From Nemertoderma westbladi (Eukaryota; Animalia; Xenacoelomorpha): a DNA stretch of 64,000 bases. Made by a program: the position numbers and the translations under genes. The stretch is from the NCBI GenBank assembly GCA_032718475.1, contig JAUCBJ010000732.1:62001-126000 (forward strand). The letters run 5' to 3'. The stretch's first letter is position 1. The number at the start of each line of letters is the position of its first letter. Positions 12,330-23,994 of the stretch are shown here, in pieces. The notes under the pieces were generated by a model, which saw only the letters and a program-made list of their open reading frames with translations, made no database searches and was not told the origin of the DNA.

Positions 12330-15110
12330 GGTGCAATACAATTGCATTAGAAGGTTTGGGTTACGGTCGGTGTCTCGCCCATTTCGATATGCTTCTCCTC
12401 GATCCGATTTTCCTCAGCTTGACGTTGGATACGTTCGTCCAAAACTCTCGCAGAGAATAGGGTTGTCTAAGTTCGATATCTTCTTAGAGATGCGAGATTT
12501 CCCAATCGAACTGAGATAAAGACAATTCGTTTATCGCTTGGACTTGCTGTTATAACTTACGTTTATCTGAACAAACGCAGGTTTCCTTTCTGATCTTTGT
12601 AGAATAGCGTTTAACTAGTTTCGCACAACGTTCTCCTTCACCTTGATGAAGGGTTGTATCACGTTAAACTGGGACAACCATACGGTTGGATAGTGATATT
12701 AGGTGTCCGCGTCACAATCCGGCTAGGTAAGATGGGCGGCTAGCTAGAAATCACTGTCGGAGTGTTACCGATTAATTGTTAGGGTAGCACTAGATCTTTG
12801 AACAGTGAATACAGTCCGCGAGGATCCGCGACACCACCAGGATGGCAGGTCTGAGGTCCAACTAAGGAATGAGGAGGTTCGACCGAGTATTCCGGGACTC
12901 TGATCGTAGGTTTACTCAAGGATCGTTCGAGCCGAGTGAGCATAGGTGATACGTCAAACAAGTTTCGCTCGAAACTCCAGTAAATATAACGAGCACAACT
13001 GTGTTTAACACAACGTTTCCGTGGATGTTTATGTCTTTCCGTTTATTGGCTGGGTCCAGGGCATTTATCGTAATAATACCAAAGACGCACGTCTGGTAGG
13101 GGAAACGCGGATGATATTTATTTGTTGTTACAATGCTTCTATCAAGAATTCCAAATATATGTTGGAGTTACCGCGTTTATTTGTTTCTTTAACCCTATTA
13201 GTACCGGGCTATAAAATGTTGTACAAATACCGGGAGGGGGTCATATTGACCCCCCCCTCTAAAATCTACAAATATTTACGAAAACGTCTGATTTTTTGTT
13301 TGTACGTAGGTATCACTTGTCTGGATCCGACCGAAAAAAAAAAATTTCGAAAAAATGTACTGGGGTGGTTATATTGCAGCACCAAAATTACAAGTAGTGC
13401 ACAATTTTCACAAAATTTGAAAGTTACATTTTCGGCTAATTATTTTTCAATACAGGTTTTCTGGGGTGCAAAATACATTGGAAAATATTTAAAAATGATA
13501 TGATTACTATAAATGGCTGTTTAGTCCTCTCTGCGTAGGAAAAAAATGAAAAAAACAAGTAACCAGCACTTTTCAGTTAGAACACAAAATTTTTAATTCA
13601 CTTATACGATGCTATAAATTCACATTTTCAGGTTTTCGAGGGCGCTGATTCTAATGGAATACATTTCTAATATGCCAGATCATTGCTACTTGTATTTTTC
13701 GGCGTAATTTTCAAATTTTGGTGCTAGCACCAAATTTCGTACGCATCACCAAAAAGTACAAGTTTGCGATGTCCAGTGCTGTTTTTATTGATTCCATCGG
13801 ATTCAGGACCCTCATAAACCCGTATAACGCAAGAAACAAGGTGATACTATCTACTTATCAATTTGCATATTTTCCAAAATTTGGTGCTGGCACAAAAATT
13901 TTCACCCACCGGCGAAAAATACAAGTTTGAGAACTCTTATGAAATTTTTACTGATTCCATTGAATTCAGAACCATCACAAACCCATATAACGCAAGAAAC
14001 AAGGTGACACAATCAATTGATATATTTGATGGTTTTCAAAATTTGGTGCTAGCACCACATTTTGCACCCACATCCGAAAAATACAAGTTTGAGATGTCTA
14101 GTTCGATAATTATATTTTCCATTGAATTAAGAACAGCCATAAACCTCTTAAAACGAAAGAAATAAATTGTCACAAGCAATTTTGTATATTGAATGGATTT
14201 TCAAAATTTCGTGCTAGCACCAAAATTTACACACAGCACCGAAAAATACAAGTTTGATACGCTTGGTGCAACTCGTATATATTTCATCGAATCCAGAACC
14301 CCAAAAAACCCCAATTGCGTAAAAAACAAGTTTCAAACAATCAATTTACAAAATTGACTTATTTCAAAATTTGGTGCTGGCACCAAAATTTGGCACCCAT
14401 CGAAAAAAACAAGTTTGAAATTTCTAAATCAATTTATATGAATTCCATCCAATTTCTAACACCAAAAAACCGGTGTAAATCAAAAATAGAGATGTTACAA
14501 TTCATATTTAATGAAATGTAATTTTCAAAAAACGTCTCAAAAAAAGTGCCAAAAGTAGGGTTAAAAAATGGTGCTATAACTCGAAAAGTACCCAATATTT
14601 TTGAAAACGGTTTTCTCTACCATGAAGACAATAGATTTTTAGGAAAAGTCATAAAATTTCAGATTCCCAACTGCGTTTGTTTCAGAATTATAATAAAAAA
14701 ACCACGGGAGGGGTCATATTGACCCCCCCCCGGGTTTAATAGGGTTAATGTCTTTTCTTTCGAGTCGATTTCGAATAGGATTTTCGCATTAGAATTTTGG
14801 TTTATCGTTTCGACTCCTCTGGGTAGGATATGTTCGACATAGTCCGTATCGTGTAAATCGATAGAATGGCCAATGGTTAAGAAGTCCATATACATACCAT
14901 TACAATGCGTGTAGCGAGCGGTGAATTTTCCATAGTCCAATTCACGCGTAAGTTACTTCCAGGAAATCGTAGGTTCGATATAACGACCATCATCCTTCGT
15001 AGTAGTTGGACTAGTATCACCGCGTATCAAGCTATCAACAAACGCTTGAAAGTAGAGTATATCGCTCCCTGATACCAAGACCATCTTCTATCAACTCCGT
15101 CATATCTGCT
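12330..15110 (-). pseudogene. Degraded coding-like segment of unknown identity, interrupted by the piggyBac-like element
   Basis: The frame ...DYVEHILPRGVETINQNSNAKILFEIDSKEKTL runs into the TTAA at 14745. With the insert removed it continues KKQINAVTPTYIWNS*. Base composition is more balanced than the AT-rich flanks. Confidence 0.35.
13193..14744. mobile_element. Non-autonomous piggyBac-like DNA transposon (1552 bp) with internal ~163-bp tandem repeats
   Basis: TTAA TSD at 13189-13192 and 14745-14748. Termini ccctatta...taataggg. Subterminal palindrome ggggtcatattgacccc near both ends. Five ~163-bp units each carry a tttggtgctagcaccaaa-type palindrome. No transposase ORF. Confidence 0.88.
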
Positions 15111-15929
15111 ATATATGAGTTTATTAATATTATAATGAGTTTATATTTAGGCTAGCGAGCGTCGCTGCCTACCCCAATCAGCCCCCGGACAGTGCGAGAT
15201 CCTCAGCGCCGATGTGTCGTCGCCGCTGTACTTTCGCCAATGACGTAGCCGCACAACGACAACGACAACCGGCACAAGTCACTCGACTGTCCGTCCCAAA
15301 GGCTTAGATACACCTCAGGTTCTTACTGGAGAGTTAGGGTTACTTTCACAATTGCGACTCGCTACTGTAAACACTCCTTAGTAGTAACATTCGCCTATAA
15401 ACTCACAAATACCACACACACAACTTGTCACAAATTACACACACTCGGGCCATTTGTCCGTTAGTCAATGCCTTCCAGAATGTCACTGTATTATTATGTA
15501 TCCTTGGATACTAGCAGTGCGCTATTTATTCCCTATGCTATTCAATGGGACAAGCTTTCTATTGTTCTTTTAACTCAATTCTAATTCTAGCGTGGTTGTT
15601 GCTATGGTGACATTATGTAAAGCTAGTGGTAGAATTAGGGTAATTCCAATGCATACAGATCTGGGATGTTATTTAATAGTAATTCTTTAATGGTCAATGT
15701 CCTGTTTTATACATGGCTTTATGAATTTTATCGGCTATTGACTATGTTTGGGAGACTTTCGCACACTCATACGCATAATAAGATAAATCTCCGCTCCCTT
15801 GATCTATTAATTAATGGAATTTTGGGAATGTTATAAATTGCGTAAAAATGGCAATTTATTAAATTCATTAAAAGGCATGAATTTAAATTTATTCCCTGAA
15901 ATTTTATTATTTGATAATTAAATTGACAT

Positions 15930-16250
15930 ATTTTGATTCTAGAACATGTCTGGGGACACAAGATCCTTAATTCTATGAAAATTGTCTTTTTAAGAATATC
16001 GGTAAATGCTACGATATCTTAATTGACTAGAATTGTTGAAGGATCTGAATTTTACAGATTTTGATTTATTCGATTTGCAAATATTAAATAATTAATATTT
16101 GAGATGGGCACCGATTTATTCCAGAACTTGTCTGGGGACGTTAACCACTGATTCTAGAATTTGTCTTTCAAGTATATCGGTGGGTGCCGCGATATCTTAA
16201 TCGACTAGAATTACAGATGGTCAAAGGGTTTAACAGATTTATTTTGCGTT
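15930..16250. repeat. Diverged tandem duplication, ~182-bp period
   Basis: gtctggggac...tatcggt...cgatatcttaat.gactagaatt at 15948 and 16130. Confidence 0.7.
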
Positions 16251-16259
16251 ATACGCTAC

Positions 16260-18259
16260 TGTTAAAGGGACATCACGCTACTATATGTATTATTTAATAT
16301 ACGGTATGAGAGCAATATCGCACGAAGCAATGTCAGTGTGAAGAGGCAAGTCGTTTCCAAGGTCTACCCAGAGCTTGGTTTAGCCGAGACACGAGGATCT
16401 GAACTTTGCATTCCTAATACTCTGCCTACCAATAATACTTGAATATAGTAGTGGCTTTATTGTACTTTAATAAGTACGGATATGTCATCTTACTGTAGTT
16501 ACGTATTTGTAATGTAATACGGACAGTAAGGAAGGAGGAAAATAATTATTTCTCGCCATCGCACTAAATATAATATATACGTAATTAAGTAATAAACGCG
16601 AATATATATTGCACTAATCTAATAAATAATCGCTAAAATAACATTCTACTAAATGAAATTAAAGAAAACGATTATAATAAAATTACATAATAATACATAC
16701 ATAATATAAAATAATAAAAATAAATATAAAATAATATAGTCACACACACACCCACTCCGTATGTTGTTATGTTATGGAGTCCCTAGATATTTGTTGGATT
16801 AGGGAGGTGGTCGTGGGAAGAGTATCTTGCCTTCCATAGTTTCCGGACAGTTTTCGGTCTCTTTCCAGTAAACATAAACGACCAGCTGGGCGATTGAGTG
16901 GTTGTGTTACTTTCTCCGCTCCCTTGGCCTGTCTAATCTTCATCGGGCTAAGATGAGGAGGCCATTCATCTTCTTTACTTAGGAAGTCGGGTCCACCTAA
17001 CCGGTCTGGAGTATCTGTAAGTTCTTGAGGAGTTGCTCCTCTGGAAGCGATGTCGGCTAGATTGATCGTCTCGGGGCAATGTCTCCATTGATCTACATTG
17101 GAGTTGATGTCGTCATTATCTGAGGAGTATGGTGTTCCCTCAGTTGGGTCGTCAACTTCACTGCACTCTACTTCCCGTTCACTTAATTGATATACCTGTT
17201 CTTTTGGTAATCTTTCCATAAGAGTCTACGAGAAGGGCCAGTAAAGTACCAACCTACTCTAGTTCTTCCCGCATAAACTTGTAGAGGTTGCGGTTGAGCA
17301 GGCCGTTTCTCCAATGTCTCGAGCGCTTCATGCGCATTTTGACCGATGAGTATTTGGACTCCAGGGTAATCGGTGTTAAATCTAGGTATTCCAAACTGCT
17401 GGGTGAAATCGTCCTCATCCCAGTTATAAGGTTCCACTTGGCTGGTCGCGAAGTTCTTTATCGCTACCATTTTCACTGACCTTATACTATGTTTTCCTAG
17501 TTCATCCTGGGGTGTGGACAATGCGCCTACATAATAATCCGCTGTTACGGTGGATTTCCAAACTTGCATTATTCCTGACATGTTTAGCTTAGTTCGGTAT
17601 TTGGGTTGTCCAGCAAAGATGTCCTCGGCTAGTTCTTTGTCGATGAATGTTCCTGTGCTACCGGAGTCAAGGAGGGCGTTCACTACATAACTCCTTTTAG
17701 GTCCATGGACCCTTACTTGTACTACAGGAAATTCTCGGATTCCTACATTGGAAGGTGGCGCTTTCCAATATGGTTGTCGATCAGAAGTAGTTAGGGTTAG
17801 GTCGCTGTCTGTGTCCTTTTCATACGTAAGTGCTCGATACACTGCGGTATTTGTCAGGTAACAGGATTCGTTTTCGTCGGAGAACTCGTCCGTATAGAAT
17901 CCTTCCATCTCAGATTGATCAGTGTCGTTCACATCACTGAATTGGACATGTAGTTCGGACTCACTTACCTGAATCGGGCTGTTTCGTTCGAATTCCGTGT
18001 GCAACAAGATATGATGTTTTGCGCCGCACTTTGCACACCTTGCGTCGGAGTAACAGGTTCGCCGTTGGTGTCCTCGTCTGAGGCAATTATAACACAACCG
18101 CTTATCCCACATGACTTCACGTCTATCCTTTAGTGATTTCCTCAGGAATTTATCACACGCATTTAAACGGTGGGGCCCGTCGCACAGCACACATTTCGGC
18201 TTGATGTTACTTACTTTAACCTGTGCTATGTGGTGCACACTTGTTCTTTCCTCGGGATT
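16260..18259 (-). mobile_element. 5'-truncated, internally deleted BEL/Pao LTR retrotransposon with probable 3' LTR (~16260-16750)
   Basis: Triple zinc knuckle CVLCDGPHRLNAC / CYNCLRRGHQRRTC / CAKCGAKHHILLH; protease ALLDSGS; ILIGQ; TRVGW; then the end-of-RNase-H motif QWRHCPETINLADIASRG...GPDFL...WP. Purine-rich tract ggagtggg followed by a TG...AACA block containing AATAAA. Confidence 0.88.
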
Positions 18260-18349
18260 GTGAGTAAATGTATGGCATGATAAATTATCCAAAGTTTATG
18301 ATAAAACAAACGAGTTTTCATTTAGTAGTTAATTATTGTAATATTGCAT

Positions 18350-21300
18350 TACTATTATTGTAATTATTGTTTCATCTGTTGTATTATTGTAATAGTTGTT
18401 TTATCTGTTGTATTATTGTAATTGTTGTTTTATCTGTTGTATTATTGTAATTGTTGTTTTATCTGCTGTATTATTGTAATTGTTGTTTTATCTGTTGTAT
18501 TATTGTAATTGTTGTTTTATCTGTTGTATTATTGTAATTGTTGTTTTATCTGTTGTATTATTGTAATTGTTGTTTTATCTGTTGTATTATTGTAATTGTT
18601 GTTTTATCTGCTGTATTATTGTAATTGTTGTTTTATCTGTTGTATTATTGTAATTGTTGTTTTATCTGTTGTATTATTGTAATTGTTGTTTTATCTGTTG
18701 TATTGTTGTAATTGTTGTTTTATCTGTTGTATTATTGTAATTGTTGTTTTATCTGTTGTATTATTGTAATTGTTGTTTCATCTGTTGTATTATTGTAATT
18801 GTTGTTTCATCTGTTGTATTATTGTAATTGTTGTTTTATCTGTTGTATTATTGTAATTGTTGTTTTATCTGTTGTATTATTGTAATTGTTGTTTAATCTG
18901 TTGTATTATTGTAATTGTTGTTTTATCTGTTGTATTATTGTAATTGTTGTTTTATCTGTTGTATTATTGTAATTGTTGTTTTATCTGTTGTATTATTGTA
19001 ATTGTTGTTTTATCTGTTGTATTATTGTAATTGTTGTTTAATCTGTTGTATTATTGTAATTGTTGTTTTATCTGTTGTATTATTGTAATTGTTGTTTCAT
19101 CTGTTGTATTATTGTAATTGTTGTTTCATCTGTTGTATTATTGTAATTGTTGTTTTATCTGTTGTATTATTGTAATTGTTGTTTTATCTGTTGTATTATT
19201 GTAATTGTTGTTTTATCTGTTGTATTATTGTAATTGTTGTTTTATCTGTTGTATTATTGTAATTGTTGTTTTATCTGTTGTATTATTGTAATTGTTGTTT
19301 TATCTGTTGTATTATTGTAATTGTTGTTTTATCTGTTGTATTATTGTAATTGTTGTTTTATCTGTTGTATTATTGTAATTGTTGTTTTATCTGTTGTATT
19401 ATTGTAATTGTTGTTTTATCTGTGTATTATTGTAATTGTTGTTTTATCTGTTGTATTATTGTAATTGTTGTTTTATCTGTTGTATTATTGTAATTGTTGT
19501 TTTATCTGTTGTATTATTGTAATTGTTGTTTTATCTGTTGTATTATTGTAATTGTTGTTTTATCTGTTGTATTATTGTAATTGTTGTTTTATCTGTTGTA
19601 TTATTGTAATTGTTGTTTTATCTGTTGTATTATTGTAATTGTTGTTTTATCTGTTGTATTATTGTAATTGTTGTTTTATCTGTTGTATTATTGTAATTGT
19701 TGTTTTATCTGTTGTATTATTGTAATTGTTGTTTTATCTGTTGTATTATTGTAATTGTTGTTTTATCTGTTGTATTATTGTAATTGTTGTTTTATCTGTT
19801 GTATTATTGTAATTGTTGTTTTATCTGTTGTATTATTGTAATTGTTGTTTTATCTGTTGTATTATTGTAATTGTTGTTTTATCTGTTGTATTATTGTAAT
19901 TGTTGTTTTATCTGTTGTATTATTGTAATTGTTGTTTTATCTGTTGTATTATTGTAATTGTTGTTTTATCTGTTGTATTATTGTAATTGTTGTTTTATCT
20001 GTTGTATTATTGTAATTGTTGTTTTATCTGTTGTATTATTGTAATTGTTGTTTTATCTGTTGTATTATTGTAATTGTTGTTTTATCTGTTGTATTATTGT
20101 AATTGTTGTTTTATCTGTTGTATTATTTTAATTGTTGTTTTATCTGTTGTATTATTGTAATTGTTGTTTTATCTGTTGTATTATTGTAATTGTTGTTTTA
20201 TCTGTTGTATTATTGTAATTGTTGTTTTATCTGTTGTATTATTGTAATTGTTGTTTTATCTGTTGTATTATTGTAATTGTTGTTTTATCTGTTGTATTAT
20301 TGTAATTGTTGTTTTATCTGTTGTATTGTTGTAATTGTTGTTTTATCTGTTGTATTGTTGTAATTGTTGTTTTATCTGTTGTATTATTGTAATTGTTGTT
20401 TTATCTGTTGTATTATTGTAATTGTTGTTTTATCTGTTGTATTATTGTAATTGTTGTTTTATCTGTTGTATTATTGTAATTGTTGTTTTATCTGTTGTAT
20501 TATTGTAATTGTTGTTTTATCTGTTGTATTATTGTAATAGTTGTTTTATCTGTTGTATTATTGTAATTGTTGTTTTATCTGTTGTATTGTTGTAATTGTT
20601 GTTTTATCTGTTGTATTATTGTAATTGTTGTTTTATCTGTTGTATTGTTGTAATTGTTGTTTTATCTGTTGTATTGTTGTAATTGTTGTTTTATCTGTTG
20701 TATTATTGTAATTGTTGTTTCATCTGTTGTATTATTGTAATTGTTGTTTTATCTGTTGTATTATTGTAATTGTTGTTTTATCTGTTGTATTGTTGTAATT
20801 GTTGTTTTATCTGTTGTATTGTTGTAATTGTTGTTTTATCTGTTGTAGTATTGTAATTGTTGTTTTATCTGTTGTATTATTGTAATTGTTGTTTTATCTG
20901 TTGTATTATTGTAATTGTTGTTTCATCTGTTGTATTATTGTAATTGTTGTTTTATCTGTTGTATTATTGTAATTGTTGTTTTATCTGTTGTATTATTGTA
21001 ATTGTTGTTTTATCTGTTGTATTGTTGTAATTGTTGTTTTATCTGTTGTATTATTGTAATTGTTGTTTTATCTGTTGTAGTATTGTAATTGTTGTTTTAT
21101 CTGCTGTATTATTGTAATTGTTGTTTTATCTGTTGTATTGTTGTAATTGTTGTTTTATCTGTTGTATTATTGTAATTGTTGTTTTATCTGTTGTAGTATT
21201 GTAATTGTTGTTTTATCTGCTGTATTATTGTAATTGTTGTTTTATCTGTTGTATTGTTGTAATTGTTGTTTTATCTGTTGTATTATTGTAATTGTTGTTT

Positions 21301-23950
21301 TATCTGTTGTATTGTTGTAATTGTTGTTTTATCTGCTGTATTATTGTAATTGTTGTTTTATCTGTCGTATTATTGTAATTGTTGTTTTATCTGTTGTATT
21401 ATTGTAATTGTTGTTTTATCTGTTGTAGTATTGTAATTGTTGTTTTATCTGCTGTATTATTGTAATTGTTGTTTTATCTGTTGTATTGTTGTAATTGTTG
21501 TTTTATCTGTTGTATTATTGTAATTGTTGTTTTATCTGTTGTAGTATTGTAATTGTTGTTTTATCTGCTGTATTATTGTAATTGTTGTTTTATCTGTTGT
21601 ATTGTTGTAATTGTTGTTTTATCTGTTGTATTATTGTAATTGTTGTTTTATCTGTTGTATTGTTGTAATTGTTGTTTTATCTGTTGTATTATTGTAATTG
21701 TTGTTTTATCTGCTGTATTATTGTAATTGTTGTTTTATCTGCTGTATTATTGTAATTGTTGTTTTATCTGTTGTATTGTTGTAATTGTTGTTTTATCTGT
21801 TGTATTATTGTAATTGTTGTTTTATCTGTTGTATTGTTGTAATTGTTGTTTTATCTGTTGTATTATTGTAATTGTTGTTTTATCTGTTGTATTATTGTAA
21901 TTGTTGTTTTATCTGTTGTATTATTGTAATTGTTGTTTTATCTGTTGTATTATTGTAATTGTTGTTTTATCTGTTGTATTGTTGTAATTGTTGTTTTATC
22001 TGTTGTATTGTTGTAATTGTTGTTTTATCTGTTGTATTATTGTAATTGTTGTTTTATCTGTTGTATTGTTGTAATTGTTGTTTTATCTGTTGTATTATTG
22101 TAATTGTTGTTTCATCTGTTGTATTATTGTAATTGTTGTTTTATCTGTTGTATTATTGTAATTGTTGTTTTATCTGTTGTATTGTTGTAATTGTTGTTTT
22201 ATCTGTTGTATTGTTGTAATTGTTGTTTTATCTGTTGTATTATTGTAATTGTTGTTTTATCTGTTGTATTATTGTAATTGTTGTTTTATCTGTTGTATTA
22301 TTGTAATTGTTGTTTTATCTGTTGTATTATTGTAATTGTTGTTTTATCTGTTGTATTATTGTAATTGTTGTTTCATCTGTTGTATTATTGTAATTGTTGT
22401 TTTATCTGTTGTATTATTGTAATTGTTGTTTTATCTGTTGTATTATTGTAATTGTTGTTTTATCTGTTGTATTGTTGTAATTGTTGTTTTATCTGTTGTA
22501 TTATTGTAATTGTTGTTTTATCTGTTGTATTATTGTAATTGTTGTTTTATCTGTTGTATTGTTGTAATTGTTGTTTTATCTGTTGTATTGTTGTAATTGT
22601 TGTTTTATCTGTTGTATTATTGTAATTGTTGTTTCATCTGTTGTATTATTGTAATTGTTGTTTTATCTGTTGTATTATTGTAATTGTTGTTTTATCTGTT
22701 GTATTATTGTAATTGTTGTTTTATCTGTTGTATTATTGTAATTGTTGTTTTATCTGTTGTATTATTGTAATTGTTGTTTTATCTGTTGTATTGTTGTAAT
22801 TGTTGTTTTATCTGTTGTATTATTGTAATTGTTGTTTTATCTGTTGTATTATTGTAATTGTTGTTTTATCTGTTGTATTATTGTAATTGTTATTTTATCT
22901 GTTGTATTATTGTAATTGTTGTTTTATCTGTTGTATTATTGTAATTGTTGTTTTATATGTTGTATTATTGTAATTGTTGTTTTATCTGTTGTATTATTGT
23001 AATTGTTGTTTTATCTGTTGTATTATTGTAATTGTTGTTTTATCTGTTGTATTATTGTAATTGTTGTTTTATCTGTTGTATTATTGTAATTGTTGTTTTA
23101 TCTGTTGTGTTATTGTAATTGTTGTTTTATCTGTTGTATTATTGTAATTGTTGTTTTATCTGTTGTATTATTGTAATTGTTGTTTTATCTGTTGTATTAT
23201 TGTAATTGTTGTTTTATCTGTTGTATTATTGTAATTGTTGTTTTATCTGTTGTATTATTGTAATTGTTGTTTTATCTGTTGTATTATTGTAATTGTTGTT
23301 TTATATGTTGTATTATTGTAATTATTGTTTCATCTGTTGTATTATTGTAATTGTTGTTTTATCTGTTGTATTGTTGTAATTGTTGTTTTATCTGTTGTAT
23401 TATTGTAATTGTTGTTTTATCTGTTGTATTGTTGTAATTGTTGTTTTATCTGTTGTATTATTGTAATTGTTGTTTTATCTGTTGTATTATTGTAATTGTT
23501 GTTTTATCTGTTGTATTATTGTAATTGTTGTTTTATCTGTTGTATTGTTGTAATTGTTGTTTTATCTGTTGTATTATTGTAATTGTTGTTTTATCTGTTG
23601 TATTATTGTAATTGTTGTTTTATCTGTTGTATTATTGTAATTGTTGTTTTATCTGTTGTATTGTTGTAATTGTTGTTTTATCTGTTGTATTATTGTAATT
23701 GTTGTATTATCTGTTGTATTGTTGTAATTGTTGTTTTATCTGTTGTATTGTTGTAATTGTTGTTTTATCTGTTGTATTATTGTAATTGTTGTTTTATCTG
23801 TTGTATTGTTGTAATTGTTGTTTTATCTGTTGTATTATTGTAATTGTTGTTTCATCTGTTGTATTATTGTAATAGTTGTTTTATCTATTGTATTATTGTA
23901 ATTATTGTTTCATCTGTTGTATTATTGTAATTGTTGTTTTATTGTAATTA
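18350..23950. repeat. 29-bp satellite (ttgttgttttatctgttgtattattgtaa), ~190 copies, just upstream of the CKAP5-like exon
   Basis: Highly homogeneous tandem array with degenerate edges; ends about 45 nt before the acceptor at 23994. Confidence 0.97.
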
Positions 23951-23994
23951 TTATCAATGAATTAGTCTAACTATAATAAATGTATTATTTGCAG

